DNA of 64,000 bases, taken from contig OY740783.1 of NCBI GenBank assembly GCA_963514005.1, positions 5,332,001-5,396,000 on the forward strand, read 5' to 3'. The position numbers were made by a program, and so were the translations under genes. Shown here piece after piece: positions 25,676 to 37,715 of the stretch. Within the stretch, counting starts at the first letter, position 1. Every line of letters begins with the position of its first letter. The DNA comes from Raja brachyura. Taxonomy: Eukaryota. The notes beneath the pieces were generated by a model. That model was not told the DNA's origin. It saw nothing but the letters and a program-made list of their open reading frames with translations, and searched no databases.

Positions 25676-25691
25676 TTTATTAGTATTTATT
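25676..25691 (-). terminator. Secretory-form polyadenylation signals (2x AATAAA)
   Basis: Plus-strand tttatt at 25676-25681 and 25686-25691, about 30-40 nt 3' of the secretory stop. Confidence 0.75.
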
Positions 25692-25718
25692 TCAGAGAAA
25701 ATTGAAACTAATTCATTC

Positions 25719-26110
25719 TTATTGACAGGAATTGACAGTGTCCATCAATACAAGGGAAACGTTGACAAAACTGGGTTTACCGCTAGACTTATTGACCGTT
25801 CTGACGATGGTCTTCATGGGGAGTGCTTCGTGCCCCACCAGACAGGAGAAGGAGGCTCCGCTAGCCCACTCCGCTGCCCCAACGGATAACAGGCTGTAGG
25901 TGAAGAATGTGTCATTGCCGTTCTCCGCCACCACCTCGGTGTTCTTGTACTTGCTCCAATGCACCCGCTTGTCATCATGCATCCACGTTACGAAGACCCT
26001 GCGAGGGGAGAATCCTCTCACAAAGCAGGTGAGGGTGATAGTCTTGTGCGCGGAGATCTCTTCTGTCGGCGGCAGAAGGACTGAGACGGACGGTGTCAGC
26101 AGATGTTGAC
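25719..26110 (-). CDS. IGHM: IgM constant exon CH4 plus secretory tailpiece (internal donor for the membrane form after 25781)
   Basis: ccgtag| [15 protein letters not shown]...[11 protein letters not shown]...[18 protein letters not shown]...[24 protein letters not shown]. The tail has an N-glycosylation sequon (NVS) and a penultimate Cys, as in mu. Internal donor AGC G|GTAAAC. Confidence 0.97.
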
Positions 26111-26143
26111 CTACGGGACAATTCAAATGGCGTTTATTTATTT

Positions 26144-27033
26144 GGGAGGTTTCACGGCAGTCGGGTCACGACCCGTGACCCGTACCGTTGCCGCGCCACG
26201 CCAACTGGAGTACACACGATGAACTGCAGGTAAGCACTGGCCATTGTTTCCAGCGTAGCGGGCCCGTTAAAACCCACCAAAATGGTCCATTTCTGCGCTG
26301 TAAATAATTATGGAAATTGGGATAAGCGCGAGAGACATTTAGCCTACTTCAGAATTCCAAAAGTGAGGAGAAATGACGGTAGATAGAAGCGAGAGCTGAA
26401 GGGACAACAACAGTCCGAGTGCTTGGCGAACATTGGCCGTTTGCTCACTGCATTTCATCAACTACGGTATTATTTGTGTTTTTTCTTGATTCCTTTGGCA
26501 TCTAAAAAGTTTCCGAAGTGATAAATCTGGCTGTAAAATTTTAAAATCGCCCATGGTTCTCAAGTGGGTTTTTACATATGAAAAGAAAACGCCTCTGAAG
26601 TAAAATTTACAGCCAGGTTTATCACTTCTGAGACTTTTTAGATACCAAAGGAATCAAGAAAAACCACAAATAATGCCTTACTGTTGATGAAATGCAGTGA
26701 GCAAACGCGAGAATTCCCAATATTTTAAAATTCTGATATCTGCACGGCCAATGTTCGCCAAGCACTTTAGCTGTTGTTGTCCCTTCAGCTCTCGCTTCTC
26801 TTTACCTTCATTTCGCTTCACCTTTGGAATTCTGAAGTTGGGTACGTGTCCCTCACGCTTGCCCCGACTTCCACAATTTCTCACAGCGCCAAAATTCAAC
26901 ATTTTGGCGGTTTTTAACAGGTAGGAAAGTGTGCGTTTCTTGCATTAATAACATGTACTGGAAGCTGTGATGTCCTCCAGATGGATTGAGTGGCTCCGTG
27001 CGTCAAGCCCAGTGACCTAACGTGCAACCCCCC
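26144..27033. mobile_element. Foldback/MITE-type non-autonomous DNA transposon in the CH3-CH4 intron
   Basis: Long imperfect palindrome (~26260-26545 versus ~26600-26920) with termini gggaggtttcacg...cgtgcaacccccc. Confidence 0.7.
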
Positions 27034-27149
27034 TATTAACGGTATTACATTCCCCTTTTGTGACGTCTCTTTGTTCAGACATCTACAGCTGAATGTGTGT
27101 CTCCCCTTTGCACGGGAGAAGATTTGTATGAAATGGGAAGTGTCAGTGA

Positions 27150-28157
27150 TGCAGTTGAACAAAGGGGACTATGTAGGCAGGAGGGAGGAGCAGGCTAAGG
27201 TAGACTGGAAAGGGATCCCAGCAGGAATGACGGTGGAACACCAATGGCAGGAATTTCTGGGCAAAATCCGGAAGACACAGGATCACTTCATTCCAAAAAG
27301 AAAGAAAGATTCCAAGGAGAGTAGGAGGCAACTGTGGATGACAAGAGAAGTTAGGGATAGAATAAGACTAAAAGGAAAAAAATGTATAACACAGCAAAGA
27401 GTAGCCGGAAGCCAGAGGATTGTGAAAATTTCATAGGACAACAGAAGGAAACAAAATGGGCAATACGGGCTGAAAAGATGAAGTACGAGAGGAAGCTGGC
27501 CAGGAATATAAAGAAGAACAGTAAAGCTTCTTTAGATATTTTAAGGGAAAAAGAGTAGCAAAGTCAAATGTGGGTCCCTTGAAGGCAGACACGGGTGAAA
27601 TTATTATGGGGAACAAGGAAATGGCAGAAGAGTTGAACAGGATCTGTCTTCATTAAGGAAGACACAAACAAACTCCCAGATGTACTGGAGGACAGTGGAT
27701 CTAAGGGGGTAGAGGAACTGAAAGAAATGTTCATTAGGTGAGAAATAGTATTGGGTAGGCTAATGGGACTGAAGGATGATAAATCCCCTGGGCCTGATGG
27801 TCTGCATCCCAGGGTCCTCAGGGAGGCGGCTCTCGAAATAGTGGAACCATTGGTGATCATTTTCCAATTTTCAATAGATTCAGGATCAGTTCCTGTGGAT
27901 TGGAGGATAGCTAAGTTATCCCACATTTCAAGAAAGGAGCGAGAGAGAAAATGAGGAATTACAGACCAGTTAGCCTGATTTCGGTGGTGGGGAAGATGCT
28001 GGAGTCAATTATTAAAGAGGTAATAATGGGGCATTTGGATAGCAGTAAAAGTATTAGTCCAAGTCAACATGGATTTATGAAAGGGAAATCATGCTTGACT
28101 AATCTACTGGATTTTTTTGAGGATGTGACAAGTAAAATTACCTTTGATAAGGTCCCG
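27150..28157 (+). mobile_element. CR1 ORF2 fragment in the CH3-CH4 intron
   Basis: KSPGPDGLHPRVL, NYRPVSL and QHGFMKGKSCLTNL motifs. Confidence 0.85.
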
Positions 28158-28279
28158 CACTATTTCATTTTGCATAGATATTTCTTCTCCGACGGAGTGA
28201 TCTCAATCATTAATTTTAGCTTTATCTCAGAAAAAAGTGCACCAGTCACCTCTGGCCCACAGAACCTCCCTGCACTCAC

Positions 28280-28582
28280 CTTTCTTCCAGTTGATTTGTT
28301 TTGATTTTGGGTACGGCAGATCTACATGGCTCACCACACATTCGAAATCATCCCCACTCAGCCAGTCACGAGTCGAAATGTTTACTTTGCTCTCTACGAT
28401 TTCCCCATGTTCTGTGGACTGGATCTCTAATGGCAAAGGCACCTTTATGCGGTTCCAAGATACTGTGATACCGTAAGGTGCATCGGATACCAGACAGATT
28501 AACGTCACGGTCATCTCCATTAACTCTTGTTCAACAGGTGGTGGAAGGATTGTAATCTTCAGTTCGTCGCAGGGATCATCAT
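28280..28582 (-). CDS. IGHM: IgM constant exon CH3
   Basis: ctatag| DDDPCDELKITILPPPVEQELMEMTVTLICLVSDAPYGITVSW...VNISTRDWLSGDDFECVVSHVDLP...NWKK |GTGAGT. 303 nt; the ILPPPVEQ and APYG motifs are typical of elasmobranch mu CH3. Confidence 0.95.
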
Positions 28583-29044
28583 CTATAGCACAATAATTAA
28601 TGTGAATATAAGCATTTGCAGGGGTAATTAGGATGGAAGGTTTACACCAATCATTCGCCCCCAGAACTTTAATGTGTACACGATGGCTTCTGAGTTGTGA
28701 TTATGGGAACTGTGGTCCTAAATCATCTTGAACTGACTCTAGTCTCTGTGCAGAGAACAACACAATGAGTGAAATGAGAGATCGCACCATGGGCTATCGT
28801 TTTTTTGTAGACTCATACCTTTAGTGTCCCTCTCCACTAATACTAGAAGAGTCTCGACCCGAATCGTCACCTGTTCCTTTTTTCTAGAGATGCCTAACCC
28901 GCTGTTACTCCGGCATTTTGTGTCCACTTTCGGTGTAAACCAGCATCAGCACTTCCTTCCTATGTCAATGTCAGTGAAGTTCTACCACTGTGAGCACTAA
29001 TGTTTACACTAATACCCGAGACACACCACGGATGTATTTCTTAC

Positions 29045-29353
29045 CTTGCCTACTGATATTTTGGCTTTTTATATATTTTCCATGGTTGACTTGGCAGGTA
29101 TAGACGGCACGTCCGTTCCACTCTAGAGCTGGGATTGTCAACTGGCTGGTCGCTGAGAAGTTACCGTTAACGTTCACCTGGAAGGCGGGAGAGGTGATGC
29201 CAGAATCCACTTGATTTCCATTCTTCAGCCAGTTCACAGTAAATTTCGCTGGGGTGAAATCGTTGACCAAACACACAGCGATCGCTTTTTTGCTGCGCTT
29301 GATTTCATCAAGGGAAGTTACGGTAATGGTGACGGTTGGATGTACCACAGGTT
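29045..29353 (-). CDS. IGHM: IgM constant exon CH2
   Basis: tttcag| EPVVHPTVTITVTSLDEIKRSKKAIAVCLVNDFTPAKFTVNWLKNG...FSATSQLTIPALEWNGRAVYTCQVNH...NISRQ |GTAAGA. 309 nt, phase 1/1. Confidence 0.95.
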
Positions 29354-29555
29354 CTGAAAGAAAATAAACTTCATTGGAATTGCTCTAAAACAATCGTCGA
29401 TTAATATTGACACATTATTTTGACCAAAAAAAATAAATCACTTTTTCCGATTAAACGTAGCCACCCACTCACTTGGACTTGCAGAGATGCTGCTAAATTC
29501 TTTGTTTATCATGGTACATCGAGTGCTCGTAAATGGGGAAATTATAGTTCAGTAA

Positions 29556-29823
29556 TGCCCCTGTCCCACTTAGGAAACCTGAACGGAAACCTCTGGAGAC
29601 TTTGCGCCCTACCCAAGGTTTCCGTGCGGTTCCCGGAGGTTTTTGTCAGGTTCCCGGAGGTTTTTTCAAATTTGTGAAATAATGGCCGGAATATAGAAGA
29701 AGCGGAAACCACTTTCGACCATTAGGGAGACTGACGAAAACCTCCGGGAACCGCACGGAAACATTGGGTGGGGCGCAAAGTCTTAGAGGCTTCCGTTCTG
29801 GTTTCCTAAGATGGACAGGGGCA
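29556..29823. mobile_element. PIF/Harbinger-type MITE
   Basis: ~95-bp terminal inverted repeats (tgcccctgtcc...ggacaggggca) flanked by TAA on both sides. Confidence 0.85.
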
Positions 29824-30307
29824 TAAGTAGTTTTCACATGGATGTTATGGGCCAACTGTTCTGCTTCTGTCCTCTATGTCTGTGTCTGTGCTTTTAATAC
29901 CCTTGATAATGTTCTCAACATGATGCACTCAGCCGCTTCGATTGTTCGCGAGTTAAAATGTAACTTATCTACGGATAGATCAGTTCCTCGCGATTTATAT
30001 GAACGTGCTCGTGATGATAATACATTTATGAGCACTCTTTTCAAGCTCTCTTCCAAGTCATTTTGGTTTTTTATGATTTTGTAAATGGTGAATTGCCTCG
30101 ATAATTGAAGCACCGCCTTCCGTTCCATGCCAAGAACGAACGACAGTGCTTCGGTATTATAAATATCGCTCTCGCCCCTCGGTGCCAGGAAACAAAACTC
30201 ACCATTTTATCCAATGAACAACAGCAGATCGTGTTCAATTTTTTTTTTTTTAAAGCAAAGAGCTGTAATAATTTAGCGGGCAAGGCATATTGCCACTTTC
30301 TGTTGAG

Positions 30308-31335
30308 ATAGAAACATAAAAAATAGGTGCAGGAGGAGGCCATTTGCCCTTCGAGCCAGCACCGCCATTCATTGTGATCATGGCTGATCGTCCCCAATCA
30401 ATAACCCGTGCCTGCCTTCTCCCCATATCCCTTGACTCCACTAGCCCCTAGAGCTCTATCCACCTCTCTCTTAAATCCATCCAGTGACTTGGCCTCCACT
30501 GCCCTCTGTGGCAGTGAATTCCATAAATTCACAATTCTCGGGGTGAAAACTTTTTTTCTCACCTCAGTCTTAAATGACCTCCCCTTTATTCTAAGACTGT
30601 GGCCCCTGGTTCTGGACTCGCCCAACATTGGGAACATTTTTCCTGCATCTAGCTTGTCCAGTCCTTTTATAATTTTATATGTTTATATGTTTCTATAAGA
30701 TTCCCCCTCACCAGCAGTGCTACCCCCCTCCTCTGCCCACCTGCCTGTCCTTTCTATAGGATGTCTAACCCTGAATATGAAGTTTCCAGGCCCGATCCTC
30801 CTGCAGCCACGTCTCAGTAATCCCCACAATGTCATATCTACCAACCTTCAACTGAGCCTCAAGCTCATCTACATTACTTCTTATACTTCACGCATTCATA
30901 TACAATACTTTTAATTCCTTATGCATCTCACCTTTCACATCGATCCCTATTACACTTGGCCATACTCTCCTATCCCTTTGTGAGCTTCCTTTCCCGTTAA
31001 TTCTGGGGGTCATTAACCATCCCTTTACTGTCTTTCCCTTTAACTCCGTCCTCGACTATCCCATTTGACATCCCACCCCCTTATTCAGTTTAAAACCACC
31101 CGTGTAGCAGTGGCAAACCTGCCTGCCAGATTGCTGGTCCCCCACCTGTTAAGATGCAATCCCTCCCTTTTGTACAGTTCCCCCTTACTCCAAAACAGAT
31201 CCCAGTGATCTAAGAATCTAAATCCCCGCCCCCTGCACCAGTTCCTCAGCTACACATTCAGGTCCCGTATCTGCCTGTTCCTGCTTTCGCCAGCACGAGG
31301 AACTGGAAGCAAACCGGAGATAACAACCCTGGAGT
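30308..31335 (-). mobile_element. CR1 fragments (3' end, and ORF1/ORF2 junction) in the CH1-CH2 intron
   Basis: CR1 tail and ORF 30398-30637; 30710-31335 resembles a CR1 5' coding region. Confidence 0.7.
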
Positions 31336-31878
31336 ACTTATCTTGAATTGTCAAATCCCGCAAATTATATGCATTGCATCATGGACTGGTTCGGCAATGT
31401 GAAAGTCCAGGAACGGAAAAAGACTGTAAAAAGTTGCAATCACTGCCCAGTCTATAACCGGCGCTGACCTCTACATCATCAAAGGGATGTATCGGAGTTG
31501 CTGCCTCAAAAAGGCAGCCAACATCATCGGAGACTCACACCATGCGGGCACACACTCATCTCACCACTGCCATCGTGAAGAATGTACAAGAGCCTGAGAA
31601 CTGTAACGTCCAGGCTATTAAACAGCACAACCTCATAAGCTCTGAACGACAATAGACTATTATTATTGCACTGTTATTGTTTGTTCTTTGAATATGTACA
31701 CACACACACACACTGAACTTTTTTTTCTCACTCTCGTTTATCATATTATTTATGATGTTCACATATTCTGTTGTGCTGCAGCAAGCAAGAATGTAATTGT
31801 TCTATCTGGGACACATGACAATAAAACACACTTGACTCCAACTCCACCCTCAGCCTTGCATTGCACCCCAACACGAAC

Positions 31879-32175
31879 CTGGTAATGGCACTTTATACTC
31901 TTTTTGGTTGTGCCGAACCACACAGAAGATGTCGCTTCCCCCAGCCACTGCCTCGGTGATGGTTAACTCGCTGCTCCGGGTGTAAGTTCCCAACTTATTG
32001 AACACTGCCGGGTAGTTCTTCACTCCATCGACCAGGTCTGTATCATCTTTCTTCCAAGAGACACTGGCGCCCGCAGGGGAATAGCCCAACGCCAAACAAC
32101 CGTAGGTGAACGAACCACTGGAGCCGTGATCCTCGCACGTGAAGAGAATGAAGGGGCTGGGGGGGGAATCAGCCG
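31879..32175 (-). CDS. IGHM: IgM constant exon CH1
   Basis: ttgcag| AADSPPSPFILFTCEDHGSSGSFTYGCLALGYSPAGASVSWKKDD...YPAVFNKLGTYTRSSELTIT...IFCVVRHNQKEYKVPLP |GTTCGT. 297 nt, phase 1/1, C1-set Cys-Trp-Cys pattern plus an extra N-terminal Cys (likely light-chain bond). Confidence 0.95.
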
Positions 32176-33084
32176 CTGCAAGTCAAAGGTCACATGAATG
32201 TTAAACTCTCTCTCTTGCTTGTTTTGCAAAATATTCAGTGCGGAATCATTATACAGCAATTCGTTACGCAATATTCTATTTCATGAAACTTCACCCGAGT
32301 ATCATAAACTATTAGTTCAACATAGAAAATGGAAACATAGAAAATAGGTGCAGGAGGAGGCCATTCGGCCCATTGAGCCAGCACCGCCATTCATTGTGAT
32401 CATGGCTGATTCAACATTCCACCTTGATCCCACCTTGGAGCACATTGGCTGAAAACTTCTTAGGGTGCCAATATCTGGCAGTTACTGTCAAATGTATGCA
32501 CAATTTTAAGTTGGAAATATATCAATAGGCCTCCAGTATTAATTACTGTAAAATTCCCTGGGTTTCTCAGGAATGCTCAATGGCCATAACTAACGTTACA
32601 ATCTCACCAAACTCCTTGTTGTGACTGGGGATGATGGAGTAAGGGCAGAACTAGGGGATACAGTGTGGACACGTGTGAGGGCCTCGTCTATGGTAAACGT
32701 GGGGAATACCCGCTCCCTAAAGAATGAGGAGCGCGGATATTCTGGTATGGAACAACTCATCTTGGGAGCAGTTGCGCGGAGACGGTTGAATTTGGGAATA
32801 GGACATAGAGTCTTTGCATGAGGCAAGGTTGGAAGAGCTGTAGTCCTGATAGCTGTGAGAGTCCGTAGATTTGCAATTTACGACAGTCGATATTCTATCT
32901 CCTGCGATGGAGACGGTGAGATAAACAAAGTGGAGGCATTGTGTCGGGGATGGACCCGGTGAAATTGATCGTAGGGTCTCAGTTAGTAGCTAATGAAGTC
33001 CATGAGTTCTCCATGAGTATAGGAGGAAGAATACGGGGATAGGGGCAGTCTGTGTCAGGGGTTGTTCCATGTACCCAACCAAAT

Positions 33085-33250
33085 GGAAATTGGTGAAATG
33101 ATGTGGAATGTTGGAAACAAAATGTTCTGCTATTTTAATTATAGAACAGGGTATCCCACTAATACTTGAATAGAATGAGAATTGGAATCGATGGCTCAAA
33201 GGAGGATTTGACTGATGTTCAAAATTACATTTGCATTAATTTAATTAAAA
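33085..33250. promoter_or_regulatory. J-C intron octamer module, copy 1 (ATTTGCAT at 33229-33236)
   Basis: Perfect Oct site within a ~165-bp AT-rich block that has an inverted copy at 34782-34947. Confidence 0.5.
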
Positions 33251-33829
33251 TTAAATAATTAGGTAGGTTTCGCTTGGACCCATGAGAGTGCCCATGGCAA
33301 AACATTTGATTTGGAGAGAAGAGTTTGGGTTTTATAAATGGTTCAGAGACTATCCGATCAATTCACAGAAATTGGAAAGATGACTGGTTTACCATATCGG
33401 GCTCCCGAACATAAATTGAGAGAAGACAAAAAAAAAATCACAATCTTGCCATGAACTTGTCCCTAAAATGTGTCAATCGAACCAAACCAACTAAGGAGGT
33501 GGATGGGATTGAAATGGTAGCTCTATTATTTAACAACAAATAACACACCTAAAATGTCACTTTGCACTGTATTTTGTGAAATATCACTCCTATCACTCAC
33601 GAAAATATACTGATCATTTGTATGCCGACAGTAATTACAAGTAAATTCCGAAAAGCAATCCAGCCGACATTGGATAAGAACATTACATTCATACCAGATA
33701 AAAAATATGGAAGAGATTGCATTGGTAAAGATTTTAATTAACTCTCTCAATATAATGTCTACATTAATAAACGTTATGTATTCCAACATCTGGAAGCTAA
33801 ATGTAGCATATAAATTGTAAGAACACTCC

Positions 33830-34385
33830 TGACTCAAAATTAATAATATTAGGAATATTAGAACACATCAATTAATAACAACGAATAAAATAATTTTTAT
33901 CGATTACAGTTTAATAATTGGGAAAAAATTAATATTGAAATTTTGGAAAGGTCCTACATCCCCCACAATCAAAATGTGGATTACAGGAATATCGGAGACA
34001 CTTCACCTGGAAAGATTAAGACTTGTCCTACTGGGCAAGTTGGATCAATTCAGAGGGATATGGTCTCCATTTATTGAATATTTAAAGGGTCAAAATGGCT
34101 CGGGCGAGAACCTGACTGAAGCCTGAATGAAGGAATAGATGAAGAATCACATATAATAATCCATGGATATATCTCCAATGATGTATAACCTGCTCAATAC
34201 TTCATTCATCTTTTTGATTTTCTATTTTTACTTTATTTTTCTCTATTATTTTCTACCTGTATTAAAAATTTAAAAAAATGCATAGAAGTACAAATAAGAA
34301 ATAATTGTTAATATTAATGTGACATGTATATTCTTCCTTTAATATGTACTTCTAATAAAAATATTTAACAAAAAGAAAAATAAAT
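33830..34385 (+). mobile_element. L1 3' fragment in the J-C intron
   Basis: KFWK...PTIKMWI...ETLHLERLR ORF similar to the L1 end at 48273-48875; AATAAA and an A-rich tail. Confidence 0.75.
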
Positions 34386-34781
34386 AAATAGTAAGAACAT
34401 GTTAGTACTTCGCCATTGAATCAATTGGCACAGGTTTCAAATGTTTGTCTGTGTGCACCATTGCAATGGACTGTCCCTTAATGGATTCAAAAATTAATCA
34501 AATGAATAATAATGTTTTTGCAATGACGCTCAGTTCCGTTTCCAGCATCTTTAAAACGAGTTTACGTTTACAATATCATCGGCACTGGAGAACGAATGAT
34601 TAGCGTTGTATCACTGTCTGATCAGAAACGAATTAAAAAGATACCCATCATAAATTACAACCTGCAATCTATTAAAAAAAAATTCGAAGTTTGCTTCGTG
34701 ACTTTAACGGCAAAAGTCTTTAATTCATATAGAGGAAGTCTACTTTTAATAGTGAAAATGCACAATGTTGGTAAATCAATG

Positions 34782-34947
34782 TTTTAATTAATTAAATGCA
34801 AATGTAATTTTGAACGTCGCTCAAACCCTCCTATGAGCCATCGATTTAAATTCTGATTCTATTCAAGGATTAGTGGGATACCCTGTTCTATAATTAAAAT
34901 AGCAGAAAATGTTGTTTCCAACATTCCACTTCATTTCCCCAATTTCC
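34782..34947. promoter_or_regulatory. J-C intron octamer module, copy 2, inverted (ATGCAAAT at 34796-34803)
   Basis: Diverged reverse complement of 33085-33250, with the octamer intact. Confidence 0.5.
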
Positions 34948-36317
34948 TTTTTTTTACCGTAAATTACATTTTGCAATTTAGTAAATAGAGGAACGTTATG
35001 TTTAAATGACATTGGGCGCCTTAGACAAAATTTGATTTCAAATTGTCTTTCTAATAAATGCGTGGATTCAAAATTATTTAAATACTACAGCTGTTCCGAA
35101 ATGTCCCCATTTGACATTCAACGTATTTTCCAAATAGGTAATGTCGTGGTATTGAACAGGAAATTGAGACATGGGTCATCGGGTCGGGCAACACTTGTGG
35201 AAGGGGAAAACCAATACATTTCCAGGTCAACGATACTTGGATGACCAGTTCATGGCAAATTCAATTAAGATTAGAGATGGAACAAAGAAATAGATCTTTC
35301 TGCCAACCGAATCCACGGCGACACACACGTTCTACCCCAATACCGATGTCAGGCCAACTGCTCTGTCATTCCCTGCTTTCTCTCTCCCTCCTATCTTGAA
35401 AAGTGGGATCACATTATCTACCCTTAATCCACAGGAACTGATGCAGAATCTATAGGACATTGGAGACTGATTACCAATGCTTCCACGATATGGAGACACA
35501 CCGCCTTCCCAACCCATTGTTCAAGCGATTTTGATTGCAACATGCGCCTTAATTGAGTTCAACAAAGAAACTGACAAGTTACTAAAGAACTATGCACTTC
35601 TGTGCTTTGCTGCAAGAAAATGATACATCTTCAATGCAAGTTTTGTTAGCCATTGGATCAAAGGTGGCAATGCGATTCCACCAATTAATACATGCACTTC
35701 TTAAATACAAAACTTGGACATTTTACACCCAGGATTTATCCCTTTCTATCGTTTGTTTCATATAGAAACATAGAAAATAGGTGCAGGAGGAGGCCATTCG
35801 GCCCTTCGAGCCAGCACCGCCATTCATTGTGATCATGGCTGATCATCCCCAATCAATAACCCGTGCCTGCCTTCTCCCCATATACCTTGATTCCACTAGC
35901 CCCTAGAGCTCTATCTAACTCTCTCTTAAATCCATGCGTTGAGAAATATGCGTTGAGAACAAACAAACTGAGACAAAGCACCCGCTGTTGATCAGAAAAC
36001 ACAGTTAGATGCATCGCTGATCTAGGACCACAACAGTCTCAAACAATTTGAAAGCATGGTGAAGGCAAATTCAAGCACATTTTTCGACTAATTAGGAACT
36101 AAATCACACCCGTTTCATCGTCAAAGGATCGAAGTCATAGCATACAAGGCACGTTTAATTCGGGAATCTTACTGCAGCGAAATCACATAACATTCTAAAG
36201 CAACATCGATCCAACATTGCAATGAATTGGTAATTAATGCAGAAGACAATTATTGGAATTATATATTAAAATTACAACTGGATACATCTAGAGACTGAAT
36301 AGGATGAAGTTTCTTAC

Positions 36318-36365
36318 CGTTGGTTACGGTCAACATGGTGCCTCCTCCCCAGTAGCCAAGATAGT
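36318..36365 (-). CDS. IGHJ: JH segment
   Basis: Encodes YLGYWGGGTMLTVTN (WGxG motif) and ends at the donor G|GTAAGA. Confidence 0.95.
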
Positions 36366-36404
36366 CACGGTGTTACATTCTATGGGGTTCTTCACACAAT
36401 AACA
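36366..36404 (-). other. J 23-bp-spacer RSS
   Basis: Plus strand cacggtg - 23 nt - acaataaca, abutting the J coding end. Confidence 0.9.
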
Positions 36405-36731
36405 TGATCTGCACCAGGCAGGCAAAAAAGAACACAATTCCTGTAAGTATTCGTATTTCACATCGAAGGCGAATGCCTTATTGCTCTTTGAAAACAATGA
36501 ATGCGTTAAAAATATAATTTCCAACAAGAATCAGGTGCCAAGGTGCCGTGTATTTTACAGGGCAGTGACATGTGATTAGAATAATTTACATGTAAAATAT
36601 AAATTACCACAAGTTGCCAATACAATAAAAGGTGCTAAAATAGTCCTGGACATGTTTATGCTCCTGTAGTATGAGATATTAAATTGAAAATAGCATATAC
36701 TGACCCAGACCACGGTATTATGGGTTGTGGA

Positions 36732-36795
36732 TGTTTTTGTATTGGTAGGAACCGCTGTGCCAGTATACACAGTGAAACATGCCATGACAAATACT
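36732..36795 (-). other. DH2 segment (coding 36760-36767, TATACTGG) flanked by two 12-RSS
   Basis: Plus strand: tgtttttgt-12 nt-cgctgtg [ccagtata] cacagtg-12 nt-acaaatact. Confidence 0.93.
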
Positions 36796-37045
36796 TCACT
36801 CTTCAAGAACTGATACATGCACTGCTCACAGAGGATATGTCCCCGGGCACAATTCGCCGTCACTTTTAAAGCTAAACGGTGTTCTTCCAAAGCTCATATA
36901 ACATAACGTTAACTGGTCGGAAGATAGTTGGACATTTCTCAAAAACAATCCATATAACTTTAAGCAGTGAACTTCCATTTGAATTTGCTTCGCTCGGCTC
37001 TCCAGCTGTGCTCGTAGGTTGGAACAGGAGAAAACTAGGTGTGGG

Positions 37046-37124
37046 GGTTTTTGTACGGGGAAGTCGCTGTATGCAGCACCGTGACCCACTGCTGTACACA
37101 GTGAGACATACCCGCACAAAAACC
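37046..37124 (-). other. DH1 segment (coding 37084-37096, TACAGCAGTGGGT) with 12-RSS on the V side and 22-RSS on the J side
   Basis: Plus strand: ggtttttgt-22 nt-caccgtg [acccactgctgta] cacagtg-12 nt-acaaaaacc. Both nonamers are perfect. Confidence 0.95.
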
Positions 37125-37676
37125 TCCCATACGGTTCACACTCAGGTTTCATTTGAAATGGCCTTCGACACGATTTTAAATGGCCCAGCAGTTCACAGAG
37201 AACATAGAAACATAGAAAATAGGTGCAAGAGTAGGCCATTCGGCCCTTCGATCATCCAACTCAGTATCCTGTACCTGCCTTCTCTCCATACCCTCTGATC
37301 CCCTTAGCCACAAGGGCCACATCCAACTCCCTCTTAAATATAGCCAATGAACTGGAACATAGTAGACATAACACCAACAATCTCCCTGCATCTCAACTGC
37401 GTAATGGAATCAGCATATATTCGAGGTCTATGATTGTACACAACGCTGTCGGTATGAGTGAAGGAAAGAACAAACCAATCTCACTTGAATGCGCAGGTTA
37501 CATTTTGAATAATTGCTAGGTTTATTCTTTGAACCCTTTTTAAACAATGGAACAACATATCGTGTTAGATTTGCCAACGGTAGTTTGTGCTCCATTTTCC
37601 GACTGTTATTATAGCTGTTGAAAAAAAAATTCTCACCTCTGGTCTTTGATGGTGAAAGCTGGACTTCCCAACGTGC

Positions 37677-37715
37677 CGCTCTTGTACGGGTCTGTCACTG
37701 AATCCTCACACTGTG
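37677..37715 (-). other. V 23-bp-spacer recombination signal sequence
   Basis: Minus strand CACAGTG - 23 nt (TGAGGATTCAGTGACAGACCCGT) - ACAAGAGCG. The nonamer has 3 mismatches to ACAAAAACC. Confidence 0.92.

Noticed and set aside
25719-32175. IgW/IgX or IgNAR isotype
   Set aside because: Exactly four C exons, a mu-type CH4 tail ([20 protein letters not shown]), a conventional VH and CH1, and two D segments all fit IgM.
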